NCBI RefSeq assembly: GCF_006345805.1
Contig: NC_043024.1
Span: forward strand, 14,198,001-14,262,000
Direction of reading: 5' to 3'
DNA length: 64,000 nt
From: Octopus sinensis
Taxonomy: Eukaryota
Under the pieces are notes generated by a model. That model was not told the origin of the DNA and searched no databases. It saw only the letters and a list, made by a program, of their open reading frames with translations. Positions 41,209 through 53,885 of the stretch are shown here, piece by piece. Positions within the stretch are counted from its first letter, which is position 1; each line of letters begins with the position of its first letter. A program made the position numbers and the translations under genes.

Positions 41209-41333
41209 AGGAGTCACTCAAGAGCTCTGCATATCGGACGCTACTCCGTTTCAGGGGTCATCTTGTGAGAACGGGCATATTTTCGAGGCCTTCCCCTCGG
41301 CGGTTTTGCAACCCGCTATCCCCAATATCACTG
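41209..41333 (+). CDS. Candidate internal exon of an unidentified gene
   Basis: Acceptor CTCTTTTGTTTTAG; open frame GVTQELCISDATPFQGSSCENGHIFEAFPSAVLQPAIPNIT; possible donor G|GTGTGA. No family recognised. Confidence 0.25.
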
Positions 41334-41437
41334 GTGTGAAATTTCTCACGTCCCTGCTGGATCCACTGGGCAGTTTTCGATTTCATGTCCATTTCGAGAT
41401 CATCAGAACAATGTATATCTCTCTCTTCTCTCTTTTT

Positions 41438-41499
<62 letters not shown>

Positions 41500-41500
41500 G

Positions 41501-41540
<40 letters not shown>

Positions 41541-41771
41541 CTATTTATCTATTGCTATACATAAATATGTGTGTATATGTGTGTGCGTGTGTACGTACGT
41601 ACGTATGTATGTATGCATGCATGTATGTAGCAGAATATATAGGCAGATAGATTGCATATGCAAATTGTGGTGGGAGAAAGAGAAAGAGGAAAATAAAGAT
41701 AGAATGGAAGTGAGAGAGTGACTTCTTAGGTGAAAAACACTTCACTCTCCACCATTATTTCTGCTTCCAAG

Positions 41772-41940
41772 TGGAATATAAAAATGTAGTCTTGGACGAC
41801 GAGGAATATTTCTGTACTCAGCAATTTCTATTTCGTACTTCACGCAATTTCTTTCCCCGTGGCTTCCGAACAATTGAAAGCTCTCTGGGGTGGCTGAACA
41901 ATTATTTTGATCGACAATTGTATCTGTACTGCTCCGAAAA
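41772..41940 (+). CDS. Candidate internal exon of an unidentified gene
   Basis: Acceptor TTATTTCTGCTTCCAAG; open frame EYKNVVLDDEEYFCTQQFLFRTSRNFFPRGFRTIESSLGWLNNYFDRQLYLYCSE; strong donor AA|GTAAGA; phase-compatible with 41333. Confidence 0.3.
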
Positions 41941-42133
41941 GTAAGAACACCCCGACGTAAGTCATCAATATACAAGTCATCAATCCACAATTCATCAATC
42001 TACAGATGCTGCAGATGTGAATGCAGTGCAGTTTTGTTGCATCATTTCCATTTCAAACAAAACCTTTCCGATGGCAATTCCGTAACTGTGGACTTTGTCT
42101 CAAACAGAAGGGCCAGCCTGTAGCACTGAAGGG

Positions 42134-42639
42134 CTAGAATTTCAAGAAATTATATATGCTTGTCTCAGGCTGGAAATTTTTCATGAACAGACCATAAAAT
42201 TCGTTTGCCTCGACGCTTAGAGCATCACCGAGTATGCCATAGAACTTACTCTTCACAACAAAACCCAATTTATGACAATACAGCCTGAACAAACATATGG
42301 AAGTTGTTCTCGTTTCCAGAACCTTCATGGTAACGTGTTTACTAAACGCTTCTTCTAACATGTAATCAAGCGCGCCCTCAAGTTTTTGCTTCTCAATCAC
42401 AAGGATTTCACAAGCTCTAAACGCCTAAACGCCTCCTCCTTTCGCCCAAACTTCGGTGGTTGTCGATGGTCCCCGACAGCTGCCGTGTACCTAGCTGTCT
42501 GATACGACAACGTTAGACCTTGTGCGCCACGTAAGTTCCGATTAATGTCCTGAAGCCGTCTCCCCTTTTGTGGCTCCTTTTGAAATCGTGAAGTTACAAT
42601 CTTGTGGTCTCTCTTCAGCTGTGAAAATTGTGGATACAC
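42134..42639 (-). pseudogene. Coding-like frame of about 165 codons broken by an 8-bp tandem duplication
   Basis: ORFs 42397-42639 and 42134-42400 join in frame if one copy of AAACGCCT (about 42418-42433) is removed. Confidence 0.25.
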
Positions 42640-43464
42640 TTGCTAAACTTTATAAACTAATATGCCGAACAATCTAGGTTAAGCGGCGATAACAAAAACG
42701 GCGGCGGCTTCAAAGTGGATAATTATAATATCGATGATGATGATAAGATGGATGATTAACGTCTATCGCGAAGATTGCGATGATGTTGGAGACGACGACG
42801 ACGATGATAATGATGATGATGATAATGATGATGATGATGATGATGATGATCATCATCATCATGATGATCATGATAATGATGATGATGATGATGATGTTGA
42901 TAGTTATATAATGATGATGACGATGATGAACACGACGCCGATGACAATGATGATGATCACGATGATCACGATGATGATGATGATGATGGTGGTGGTAGTG
43001 GTGGTGGTGGTGATGGTAGTGGTGATTGTGATGACGATGATAAAGACAACGACGACGACGATGATGATGATGATTATTGTTATTATTATTATTATTATTA
43101 TCATTATTATTATTATTATTATTGTTATTATTATTATTAATATTATTATTATTATTATTATTTTAATAACGGTTGCAGTAGTAGTGGTGGGGTTAGTGGT
43201 GGTGGCGATGCTGACGAGGGTAATCATATGAATAGCACAGAAAATACCAATTCTTTTACAGTCGAAAGAAAAAACAAAAAAAAAACAAAAAAGATAAGCC
43301 AATAAAAGTTTGGCTCATTGCGGAATGTCATTCTATTACCGTTTTCACTGTTATTATTAAATGCATACAGTTTTGCCTTGCTCCATTTATCATTATTATT
43401 ATTATTATCATTATTATTATCATTATTATTATTATTATCATTATTATTATTATTATTATTATCA

Positions 43465-43526
<62 letters not shown>

Positions 43527-43703
43527 TATTATTATTATTATTATTATTATTGTTATTATTATTATTATTGATATCATTTCTATCATCATCGTCGTCGACG
43601 TTATTAGACTTTTTAATGTTATTTTTATATCGCCAGCTTTTTAATCTTCTGCTCTCTCACCGCGGTATATTTGGCGTAAAAGTGTAGAAAAAAAATTTAT
43701 AAC

Positions 43704-43755
<52 letters not shown>

Positions 43756-44488
43756 GTAAAAGCAACAACAACAACAGTAACTTCAACTACAAACTACACA
43801 CAACACCAAGCAACGAATATAAGAAAGCCAGGAATATGAACGGCCGTATTAAGTTCTTTGAAATGGCTTATTTTCTTCCAAAACAATTCCCCCCTTCATT
43901 CCGCTTTTGTATTCGCAACGTGGGGTCATATCAGCAATGAGGTTTCTTTCCCTCTTTATTTCACTCATTCTCAACACTTCCCATTCTCTACTTTTGCCAC
44001 CACCCCCTCCATAATCTTTCAATAACGCCATTTTGTTTTTGCCGTCTCTCTTTCTCGCTTTCTCTGTGTTTCTTTCTCGATTTTTTATTTCTTCTCTTTA
44101 TCTCTCTCCTGTATCTCTGTTTATTTTCCACACAATTGTCCATTTCCACCACACTGATTTCATTGATAAAAGAAACTCTAGCTAGTTTCATTCTGCACCA
44201 GCAGCGCCGAGCATTCAATATTTCTCTCTGTTTGTCTGCGTATGCATGTGTGTATTTCTCCGTGAAGGGGAGCATCTGTGTGTCTCGATTTCCTATGCGT
44301 AAAACCGTACACATTTATACACCCACACTCTTGAATCATACACGCCCTCACACGCCTATGCTCATATACATATAAACATATATGTGTGAGTTTGTGTACA
44401 TATAAATACATATACATATAATGATATTTATATATATATATATACACACACAAACACTTATATATGTAAAAACTAGTATGTATGCCCG

Positions 44489-44532
<44 letters not shown>

Positions 44533-44560
44533 ATATATATATATGTATATATATATATAA

Positions 44561-44593
<33 letters not shown>

Positions 44594-44712
44594 TAATATA
44601 TATATATATATGTGTGTATATATATATACATATATATATATGTATATATATATAGCCATATAGAAGCACACATACATACATAGTATGTATAATTATATGT
44701 GTCTGCATATAT

Positions 44713-44743
<31 letters not shown>

Positions 44744-45580
44744 GTGTGTGTGAGTGTATATATATATATACATATACATATACATATACATATATATATG
44801 CCTGTATGCATGCGTAGATGTATGCGCGGGCGTGGGTATGTTACGTTTCTATATTGCCTCTTTTTAAGAAAAAAAAAAGAATGAAGCCAGAGTATAAAGC
44901 AACAGGATATAAAAAGTAAGGAATATTTCCAATATCTTGAAACAGTTCCTTCTTATAATGATGAGGTCAAGAGGTCATCGCTGTCAGCAGCAAAGGTCAA
45001 AAGGCTGAAGATATCATCGATGCTACAACAATAGGCCAACAACAGCTCTCGCATCATTTCCATATTAGAGTTGTTACCGTCATCACCACCGCCGTCATTA
45101 TTATTCACTACTACCGCTACTACAATCACTACTACTACTACTAATAATAATAATAATAATAAGAATAATAATAATAATAATAATAATATAATAATAATAA
45201 TAATAATAGTAATAATAATAATAATAATGTAATAATATAATAATAATAAGAATAATAATAATAATAATACTAATAATAATTGTAATAATAATAATACTAA
45301 TAATAATAATATGATAATAATAATAATAATATTAATAATAATAATGTAATAATAATAATAATAACAAAAGAATTAATAATAATGATAATAATAATAATGA
45401 TAATAATAATAATGATAATAATAATAATTATTATAATAATAATAACACCACTAATACTATTATTGATATTATTATCGTTATTATTAATGATATTATTTCA
45501 GTTATACTCATTATCATCATCATGCTTCTCACCTTTATTATTATTATTATTATGATTATTATTATTATTATTATTATTAT

Positions 45581-45640
<60 letters not shown>

Positions 45641-45869
45641 CAGTAGCAGTATAAGTAGTAGTATTGTCCACTTCTTTCAGTTTTGCTTCAATTTCTTGTC
45701 GAGTGATTTCCGACACTCAGGGCAAAGAAACGGTATACATTGGTAAGTCATTAAAAGAAAGAGGCCAGGTGTTCTCTTCTATAGTCATGTGATAGAAGAA
45801 TGTTATTATATTAGGCGTTCCTACATTACTCTATGTTACTCTTACAACAAATAAGGTAATATCTCGAAT

Positions 45870-45906
<37 letters not shown>

Positions 45907-45921
45907 TATTTATTTTCTTAA

Positions 45922-46130
45922 ACGGCGGCGAGCTGGCAGCAAAGTTAGCACGCCGGGAAGAAATGCTTAGTGGTATTTCGTCTGCCGCTACGTTCTGAGT
46001 TCAAATTCTGCCGATGTCAACTTTGCCTTTCGTCCTTTCGGGGTCGATAACTTTAGTAATCGACTTATTCCCTTTCTCTGTCCTTGTTTGTCACCTCTAT
46101 ATTTAGCCACTTGTGGACAATAAAGGAAAC
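45922..46130 (+). mobile_element. SINE family B, full-length monomer
   Basis: GGCGGCGAGCTGGCAG head through the CTTGTGGACAATAAAGGAAAC tail. Confidence 0.85.
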
Positions 46131-46372
46131 AGAAAGTTCGATTTTACTTATACATATGCATATTTTTCTATTAAATTTATTTTAAATATTTTGTATACAT
46201 AGGCGTAGGAGTGGCTGTGCGGGTCCGGGTTCAGTCCCACTGTGTGGTACCTTGGGCAAGTGTTTTCTACTGTGGCCTCGGGCCGATCAAAGCCTTGTGA
46301 GTGGATTTGGAAGAGGGAAACTGAAAGAAGCCCGTCGTGTATATATATATATATATATAGGGAGAGAGAGTG

Positions 46373-46413
<41 letters not shown>

Positions 46414-47082
46414 CATATATACATACATACATAGAATAAGAGAGGGGGAACGAGGAATCATATTTCGAGAGAAAGAGAAGGAAGTGTTGAGAAGGTCCCT
46501 ATTATTCTGCATATTTGCGTTCAAATTTATTTAACAGAATGAAACAATGTCATGAAGATTTATAAATTTAGGCATCACAAGATATATCGATAGATAGTTA
46601 AATTTAAGGACATACCATAGTTACTATATATCTATGGCTGCTACACTTTTATCCATTTCCTGCTCCAGACCAATGACTGTAGCTATGCTGGGTAAGTCAT
46701 TTATTCAATTTTATATAATTTTGTCATTTGGTTTAAGTACTTATCTACACAGAGAGATTTATTGATTAACATACAAGTACATATGAAGCTGAAATGAAGT
46801 GAAACGAAAAGAAACGAAAATAATCTGAATTGGTAAATAACTTTGACTGAACATTGGCGACGGTTGGACAGCATACATCGTATTTTTGTGAGTGTGTGTG
46901 CGTGTGTGTATGTATGTTTGCTTTTGTATATATATATATATATATATACTGTTGTGTCTGCGGATAGTCATTTTGTTTTTGTGCCTTATAATTTAACACA
47001 CTCACCGGTAAAAGTTCCACTTATTTCTTATATTTTCGTTGCGTTTTGCAACCTTTTCAATAGCCTTGACTATATAGATAGT

Positions 47083-47686
47083 ATGTTTCTTTATTAGCCA
47101 CACAGGGCTGCACACAGATAGGACAAATTACAAGGTAGAGCTTTTCTTTTAGGGGTAACAAAAAGGAGAGTGGTGGTTTTCGATCAAAAGGGATCGTAAA
47201 AGGAAAGAAAAAGGACAAAAAAATGGGAGGGTTAAAAAGGGGGGGGGAGAAAAAAAATGAATAATAGGGATCGTTATCACAGAAATGTCAATATGAAGTG
47301 TAAAGGGGAGGACAGGTGAGGTTTACCCGTGGAGAGAAAAGCCTACGGAAAAGACCACGGTAACCTCGGTCAATGAAGTCAGATGTTATATTTCTTTTTT
47401 TTTTTTTTGCAAATAAGCAACTCTCTGTATTAATGTTTATGGTTCATAGAATCATAGTCAAGGTGGCTTCGTCATTCATACGTGCCATCCTTGCTACATT
47501 CACCCATCTTTTTTTAAAACATTCACTAGACAAAACTTGCCTCCCTACTCTCACTTTCCTCTTCAAGTGATACTTGAAGAAGTTGATGAGCGATTGACCA
47601 GAGAGGAAAGTGTTTGTCTCTAATCCTTTCAGGCGCATCCACCAGATACATTCTTTCGCCATAGCCACAAGTATGATAAAAATAGC
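47083..47686 (-). mobile_element. 5'-truncated second copy of the Tx1-like LINE (ORF2 C-terminus and 3' UTR)
   Basis: Clearly homologous to 12826-13450; intact frame AKECIWWMRLKGLETN...KKRWVNVARMARMNDEATLTMIL*; flanked by ATAGATAG and ATAGATATAG. Confidence 0.9.
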
Positions 47687-47696
47687 ATAGATATAG

Positions 47697-47796
47697 NNNN
47701 NNNNNNNNNNNNNNNNNNNNNNNNNNNNNNNNNNNNNNNNNNNNNNNNNNNNNNNNNNNNNNNNNNNNNNNNNNNNNNNNNNNNNNNNNNNNNNNN
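47697..47796. other. Assembly gap (100 N)
   Basis: Read directly from the sequence. Confidence 1.
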
Positions 47797-47799
47797 TAT

Positions 47800-48406
47800 A
47801 TATATATATATATATTATATATAAAATCCATTCTGTCTGTCTGTGTGTGTGTCTTCTAGGATCTCGGGCATCCCCCATCCAATTGCGCTCAAATTTGATA
47901 TGTAGATACCATCGGTATCAGGGTGTGTATAAGTCTTGAAAAAAATTACAAAATCGATTCCAGGTGAGAATGCGATCGATAAAGCCGTGGGAACGTGCAT
48001 TTGTATGCACAAGTACATCAGCTGTTGTGATCGATACTACTTCTTCCGACAATCTGTACTTAACTTCACCTTCCATTTTTTGTTGTTTTTGTACTGCTTA
48101 AAGTCACGTTTCTTTCCTGCCAAACTTACTGTTTAAACCATGTTTGTGTTCTCCCAATCAACAGCCTTATCATTACTGGTACTTTAAACTCTTCGGTTGC
48201 ATATTTGTGTGAATAAAATCGTTTTTCTTTGGAATAGAAAAAAAGTCTATCTTTATTTCTTCTTTTGCTGTGTCTCTCAATTTTAGGTTAATCAGTGTTT
48301 CTCAAAGGGGAGGCCTATGGGACGGTCGGACAAGTTGTTTTGAGAAAATTTGGTTTAAATGTTTGACAACTCAGCACCGTCCATTGGACGGGGGGTGTTT
48401 TGCTCG
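47800..48406 (+). mobile_element. Possible non-autonomous Helitron-like element
   Basis: TATATATAAAA-(CTGT)n 5' region, terminal hairpin CCGTCCATTGGACGG at 48377-48391, then CTCG (degenerate CTAG) followed by T. Confidence 0.4.
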
Positions 48407-48416
48407 TATATATATC

Positions 48417-49280
48417 TATTTCTTTACTACCCACAAGGGGCTTAACATAGAGGGGACAAACAAGAACAGACAAACAGATTAAGTTGATTATATCGACCCC
48501 AGTGCGTAACTGGTACTTATTTTATCGACTCCGAAAGGATGAAAGGCAAAGTCGCCCTCGGCGGAATTTGAACTCAGAACATAGCGGCAGACATAATACC
48601 GCTAAGCATTTCGTCCAGCATGCTAACGATTCTGCCAGCTCACCACCTTATATATATCATCATCATCATCATCATTTAGCATGCTAGCTCGGGCTGGATG
48701 TCTGATAGGAGCTGATGTGTCCAAGGACTGCCTCATACTCCAATGTCTGCTTTGGCATGGTTTCTGCTGCTGAATGGCCTGTCCAGTACCAACCACTCTA
48801 CAGCGTAGAATGGGCACTTTTCCTATGCCACTTGCACTACTGAGTGGGTATTCAAGTAGAGATAATACCTATTTCTTTACTACCCACAAGGGGCTAAACA
48901 CAGAGAGGACAAACAAGGACAGACACACGGATTAAGTCGATTATATCGACCCCAGTGCGTAACTGGTACTTATTTAATTGACCCCGAAAGGATGAAAGGC
49001 AAAGTCGACCTTGGTGGAATTTGAACTCAGAACGTAACGGCAGACGAAATACCTATTTCTTTACTACCCACAAGGGGCTAAGCACAGAGAGGACAAACAA
49101 GGGTAGATAAACGGATTAAGTCAATTATATCGACCCCAGTGTGTAACTGGTACTTATTTAATTGACCTCGAAAGGATGAAAGGCAAAGTTGACCTCGGTG
49201 GAATTTGAACTCAGAACGTAGCGGCAGATGAAATACGACTACGCATTTCGCCCGGTGTGCTAACGTTTCTGCCAGCTCAG
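48417..49280 (-). mobile_element. SINE family B monomer (48417-48650) plus multimer (48868-49280), separated by an RTE-tail fragment
   Basis: Invariant junction at 49052. Confidence 0.85.
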
Positions 49281-50056
49281 ATTCCAGCAGAACATCCTTA
49301 AGGATAGACAGTTGTACTGGTTCTCATTTGATTTTCACTTTTGGCTCCAAGACCATTCTCAGCCACACCCTGGTAACTGCTTCTACTGGCATGCTAAACT
49401 TAGTGAGGGACTGAATGCTTGGAGAGGAGATAGGCACTACCAAGCATTTCTAAGGCTCTCTGAAATGCCATAATAGACATACAAATATCAGATCTGTTGA
49501 GGCCTGAAAACCGACTGTGCTCTTCACAGCTAGTTCCTAGAGTGGAGGTGAACAATGTGCAACTGTGATGACAACAACAACAGTATGGAGGCCTAATGGC
49601 CCATTGGTTAGGGCAGATGACTTGTGGTCGTAAGAACGTGGTTTCGATTCCCAGACCGGGCATTGTGAGTGTTTATTGGGCAAAAACATCTAAGCTCCAT
49701 GAGGCCCCAGCAGTTTGAACCCTGCTGTACTCTTTCACCACAACTTTCTCTCACTCTTTCTTCCTACTTCTTCCACAAAGCAGAGGAAACTTGGTGTAAC
49801 CCCCTATGGTGTGGTAAACTTTCAGACCCTAGTCTAGAGTGCGAATCTTCTGTACCCCAGGATGGTTCAGCTCTCAATCCGTTAAAAGCCACCATTTACG
49901 GAATGAGGATAACAACGTAGCTTTCATGCCCATGCAACCACCAGTCTATTGCGTGTGGTGGGTGGATCTTCAAGTTGCCACTCGCATTCTTAGTAGCTTA
50001 GAGTAGGCTCGAATTAGAGATTATTCTTTGTGGCTAATGTTGTGAGTCTTGATTGG

Positions 50057-50898
50057 AAGAAGAAGAAGAAGAAGAAGAAGAAGAAGAAGAAGAAGAAGAA
50101 GAAGAAGATAAAGAAAAAGAAAAAAGAAGAAAAAGAAAAAAGAAGAAAAAGAAGAAGACAAAGAAAAAAAGAAAAATAAGAAGAAGAAAAGACAAAGCAA
50201 AGAAAAAAAGAAAAAAGAAGAAGAAGAAGAAGAAAGAAAACGAAAAAAGAAGAAAAAGAAAAAGAAAAAGAGAAAAGAAGAAAGAGGAAAAAAAGAAGAA
50301 GAAGAAAGAAGAAAAGAAGAGAAGAAAAAGAGAAAGAAGAAGAAAAGAAGAAGAAGAAGAAGAAAAGAAAACGAAAAAATAAGAAAAAGAAGAAGAAAAG
50401 GCGAAGAAGAAGAAAAGAGAGAAGAGAAGAAAAAAGAAGAAGAAAAAGGAGAAGAGAAGAAAAAGAAGATAAGAAAAAGAAGATAAGAAAAAGAAGAAGA
50501 AGAAGAAGAAGAAGAAGAAGAAGATAAAGAAAACGAAAAAAGAAGAAAAAGAAGGAGAAGAAGATAAAGAAGAAGAAAAAGAAGATGAAGAAGAAGAAGA
50601 AGATAAGAAAACGAAAAAAGAAGAAAAAGAAGGAGAAGAGAGAAAGAAGAAAAAGAAGATGAGAAGAAGAAGAAGATAAGAAAACGAAAAAAAGAAAAAA
50701 GAAGAAGAAAAAAGGGAAGGAAGGAAGAAAAAGAAAGGAGGAAAGGAAGAAAAGAAGATAAGAAAAGGAAGAAGAAGAAGAAGAAGAAGATAAAGAAAAC
50801 GAAAAAAGAAGAAAAAGAAGGAGAAGAAGATAAAGAAGAAGAAAAAGAAGATGAAGAAGAAGAAGAAGAAGAAGAAGAAGAAGAAGAAGAAGAAGAAG
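50057..50898. repeat. About 840-bp polypurine tract, (GAA)n with A-rich variants
   Basis: Almost entirely G/A on the plus strand. Confidence 0.95.
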
Positions 50899-50949
50899 AC
50901 AACTGCAACAGATACACAGATCATCTTCAGCTTTCACCAAGATAATGCT

Positions 50950-52530
50950 GTCTTTGAGACACAAAACGTTTGTATTCTGTGGGCAAGTGGAAGGTTGAAG
51001 GAAATGGCTCATAAACTTAATAGTGCACACTTGGGACATCCTGGGGCTGGGCTGAAGTAAGGTACACTGGATTTGATGAGACAACAGATGAAGGCCACAA
51101 ACCGTGGTACAGCAGAGATTACACCAAGCATGAACATGGAGTGAACTTTGTTATTAACAAAGCCCCAAAAAGTTCAATCATCATCATCATCATCATCATC
51201 ATCATTTAACGTCCGTTTTCCATGCTAGCATGGCATCAACTGCAAACCAGTATCCAGCAGTTGGCACATGTGTGACTGTAAGACTACAGAATATTTCTTA
51301 TTTCTTTACTGCCCACAAGGGGCTACACACAGAGGGGATAAACATGGACAGATATATGGATTAATTCAATTATATCGACCCCAGTGCGTATCTGGTACTT
51401 ATTTAATTGACTCTGAAAGGATGAAAGGCAAAGCGAAACTTGGCGGAATTTGAACTCAGAATGTAGCAGCAGACGAAATACCTATTTCTTTACTACCCAC
51501 AAGGGACTAAACATAGAGGGGACAAACAAAGACAGACGAACGGATTAAGTCGAGTACATCAACCCCAGTGCGTAACTGGTTCTTATTTAATCGACCCCAA
51601 AAGGATGAAAGGCGGAATTTGAACACAGAATATAACGGCAGATGAAATACCTATTTCTTTACTACCCAGAAGAGGCTAAACACAGAGGGGACAAACAAGG
51701 ATAGACAAACGGATTAAGTCGATAATATCGACCCCAGTGCGTAACTGGTACTTATTTAATTGACTCTGAAAGGATGAAAGGCAAAGCCAAACTTGGCGGA
51801 ATTTGAACTCAGAATGTAGCGGCAGACAAAATACCTATTTCTTTACTACCCACAAGGGGCTAAACACAGAGGGGACAAACAAAGACAGACGAACGGATTA
51901 AGTCGATTATATCGACCCCAGTGCGTAACTGGTTCTTATTTAATCGACCCCGAAAGGATGAAAGGCAAAGTCGACCTTGGTGGAATTTGAACTGAGAATG
52001 TAACGGCAGGCAAAATATCACTAAGCATTTCGTCCAGCATGCTATCGTTTCTGCCAGCTCGCCACCTTATTCTGTAAGACCACAGGATATTTTTATCATA
52101 CAAGTCTATGTGCCAATGCTTGAATATAATGATGATGTTGTTAATGAATTCTATGAGAACCTAGAGAATATCACCCAGGCAACTCCTAAAAAAAGATCTC
52201 ATTGTTCTAGAAGACAGAGATGCCTAAGTAGGTCTGGGTGCATATGACCAATGGACTGGGACACGGATGATTTGGGGTTGGAGAAATCAACGATCGTGGA
52301 TGACTCTTAGAATTTGGTAGCAAGCAGAAGCTGGCCCTGGCCAACAAATTGTTCCCATGCAAGACCCCGCACAGACAAACATGGCATGAACCCAGCTGTA
52401 GGGATCACAACCAAGTTGACTTTATCCTCTCACCTCATAAGTTCAAGTTAAGCATCAACAAGGCTAGGACTAGGACATTCCCAGGTGCAAATGTCAACAG
52501 GGATCATAATTTGGCCGTGATTGCAATGAG
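50950..52530 (+). mobile_element. RTE-clade LINE endonuclease region fragmented by nested insertions
   Basis: EVRYTG-like...HEHGV segment, then QVYVP...NEFYENL, TWHEP...NQVDFIL...RTFPGANVNRDHNL; these fit APE motifs of RTE elements. Confidence 0.8.
51297..52071 (-). mobile_element. SINE family B tetramer (one head plus four bodies) with a 21-bp target-site duplication
   Basis: Junctions at 51481, 51650 and 51834. TSD CTGTAAGAC[T/C]ACAG[A/G]ATATTT at 51276-51296 and 52072-52092. Confidence 0.85.
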
Positions 52531-52562
52531 GTATGTGTATTTATATACATTTAAAAAATTTT

Positions 52563-52961
52563 TTTTTTACTTGTTTCAGTCATTTTGACTGCGGCCATGC
52601 TGGAGCACCACCTTTAATCAAGCAACTCGACCCCGGGACTTATTCTTTGTAAGCCCAGTACTTATTCTACCGGTCTCTTTTGCCGAACTGCTAAGTGACA
52701 GGGAGGTAAACACACCAGCATCAGTTGTCAAGTAATGCTAGGGGGACAAACACAGACACACAAACAAACACGCACACATATATATATATACATATATACG
52801 ACGGGCTTCTTTCAGTTTCCATCTACTAAATCCACTCACAAGGCTTTAGTCAACCCGAGGCTATAGTAGAAGACACTTGCCCAAGGTGTCACGCAGTGGG
52901 ACTGAACCCGGAACCATGTGGTTGGTAAACAAGCTACTTATCACATAGCCACTCCTGCGCC
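52563..52961 (-). mobile_element. SINE family A, full length
   Basis: Reverse complement of the consensus; head-to-head with the family B copy at 52970. Confidence 0.85.
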
Positions 52962-52969
52962 TTTTATAA

Positions 52970-53170
52970 GGCGGCGAGCTGGCAGAAATGTTAGCACGCT
53001 GGGCGAAATGCGTAGCCGTATTTCGTCTCCGCTACGTTCTGAGGTTGACTTTGCCATTCATCCTTTCAGGGTCGATAAATTAAGTACCAGTTATGCACTG
53101 GGGTCAAAGTAATCGACTTAATTCGTTTGTCTCCTCTGTGTGTAGCCCCTTGTGGGTAATAAAGAAACAT
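52970..53170 (+). mobile_element. SINE family B monomer with Tx1-like tail
   Basis: The tail at 53126-53170 is 37/45 identical, ungapped, to the LINE 3' end at 12826-12870. Confidence 0.85.
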
Positions 53171-53369
53171 ATATATATATATTTTACCCAAAAGTAACTG
53201 GAAACGTTCTCTGTGGGGCAAGCTCCTTATAGTTTGTGCTTCCACCACTAGAAACCAATTGATACAACCCTCAGCCATTGGTCTATCGACTGGCATCGTC
53301 TGTTGAGGTCATACTGCCACATAGTGTGTCTTTGTTTTCGCGTGCTTCCCCACTGTTCATTGATTTTTG

Positions 53370-53885
53370 CAATGTCAGAAACAAATGCACAGAGTGCTTC
53401 TATGAAATTTTGTTTTCTGCTGGGGAAAACAATGGCTAAAATAGTTATACAGTTGTCATGCTTCTGACAGCTTACAAGGATCCTAACTTGAGCAAAACAC
53501 AAGTTTATGAGTGGTTTTTCACGCTTTAGGAATGGTCACTTGTCGCCCAGCGAACAAGGGTCAGTCAGAATTAAGCAAGGGGAGAAGCGAGTAATTTACT
53601 TAACGAAATTCTAAGAGATGGAGCTAAAACTATCCTTTGAGTGGTCATTGAAAATGGTTAGCTTACGGAAGAGAAACAACAAGTTGTTGGTAATGAAAAC
53701 ATTTAAACAACAACAAGCTGTCAGTGTGACCATCAACCTCCAGGACAAATGAAAATTCATGAAATGATCTTGGAGGACAGTCACTGAACAAATGACGAAC
53801 TTAATATGATTGGTGTGTCCTAGAGCTCCTGTCAACGAATTTTGAGCAAGGAATTGCGAATGAAAAGAGATGCAGTTCTGCAAAT
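53370..53885 (+). mobile_element. Mariner (Mos1-like) transposase N-terminal fragment, decayed
   Basis: KFCFLLGKT...AYKDPNLSKTQVYEWFSRFRNG and KIHEMILED...IGVS*SSCQRILSKELRMKR are typical mariner HTH motifs. Confidence 0.85.

Noticed and set aside
41742-41990. VKYEIEIAEY suggesting an FKBP-type isomerase
   Set aside because: Only a short resemblance; other FKBP motifs are not found in frame.
50014-51084. 356-aa Phe/Leu/Ser ORF and Lys/Glu-rich ORFs
   Set aside because: Translations of the polypurine (GAA)n tract.
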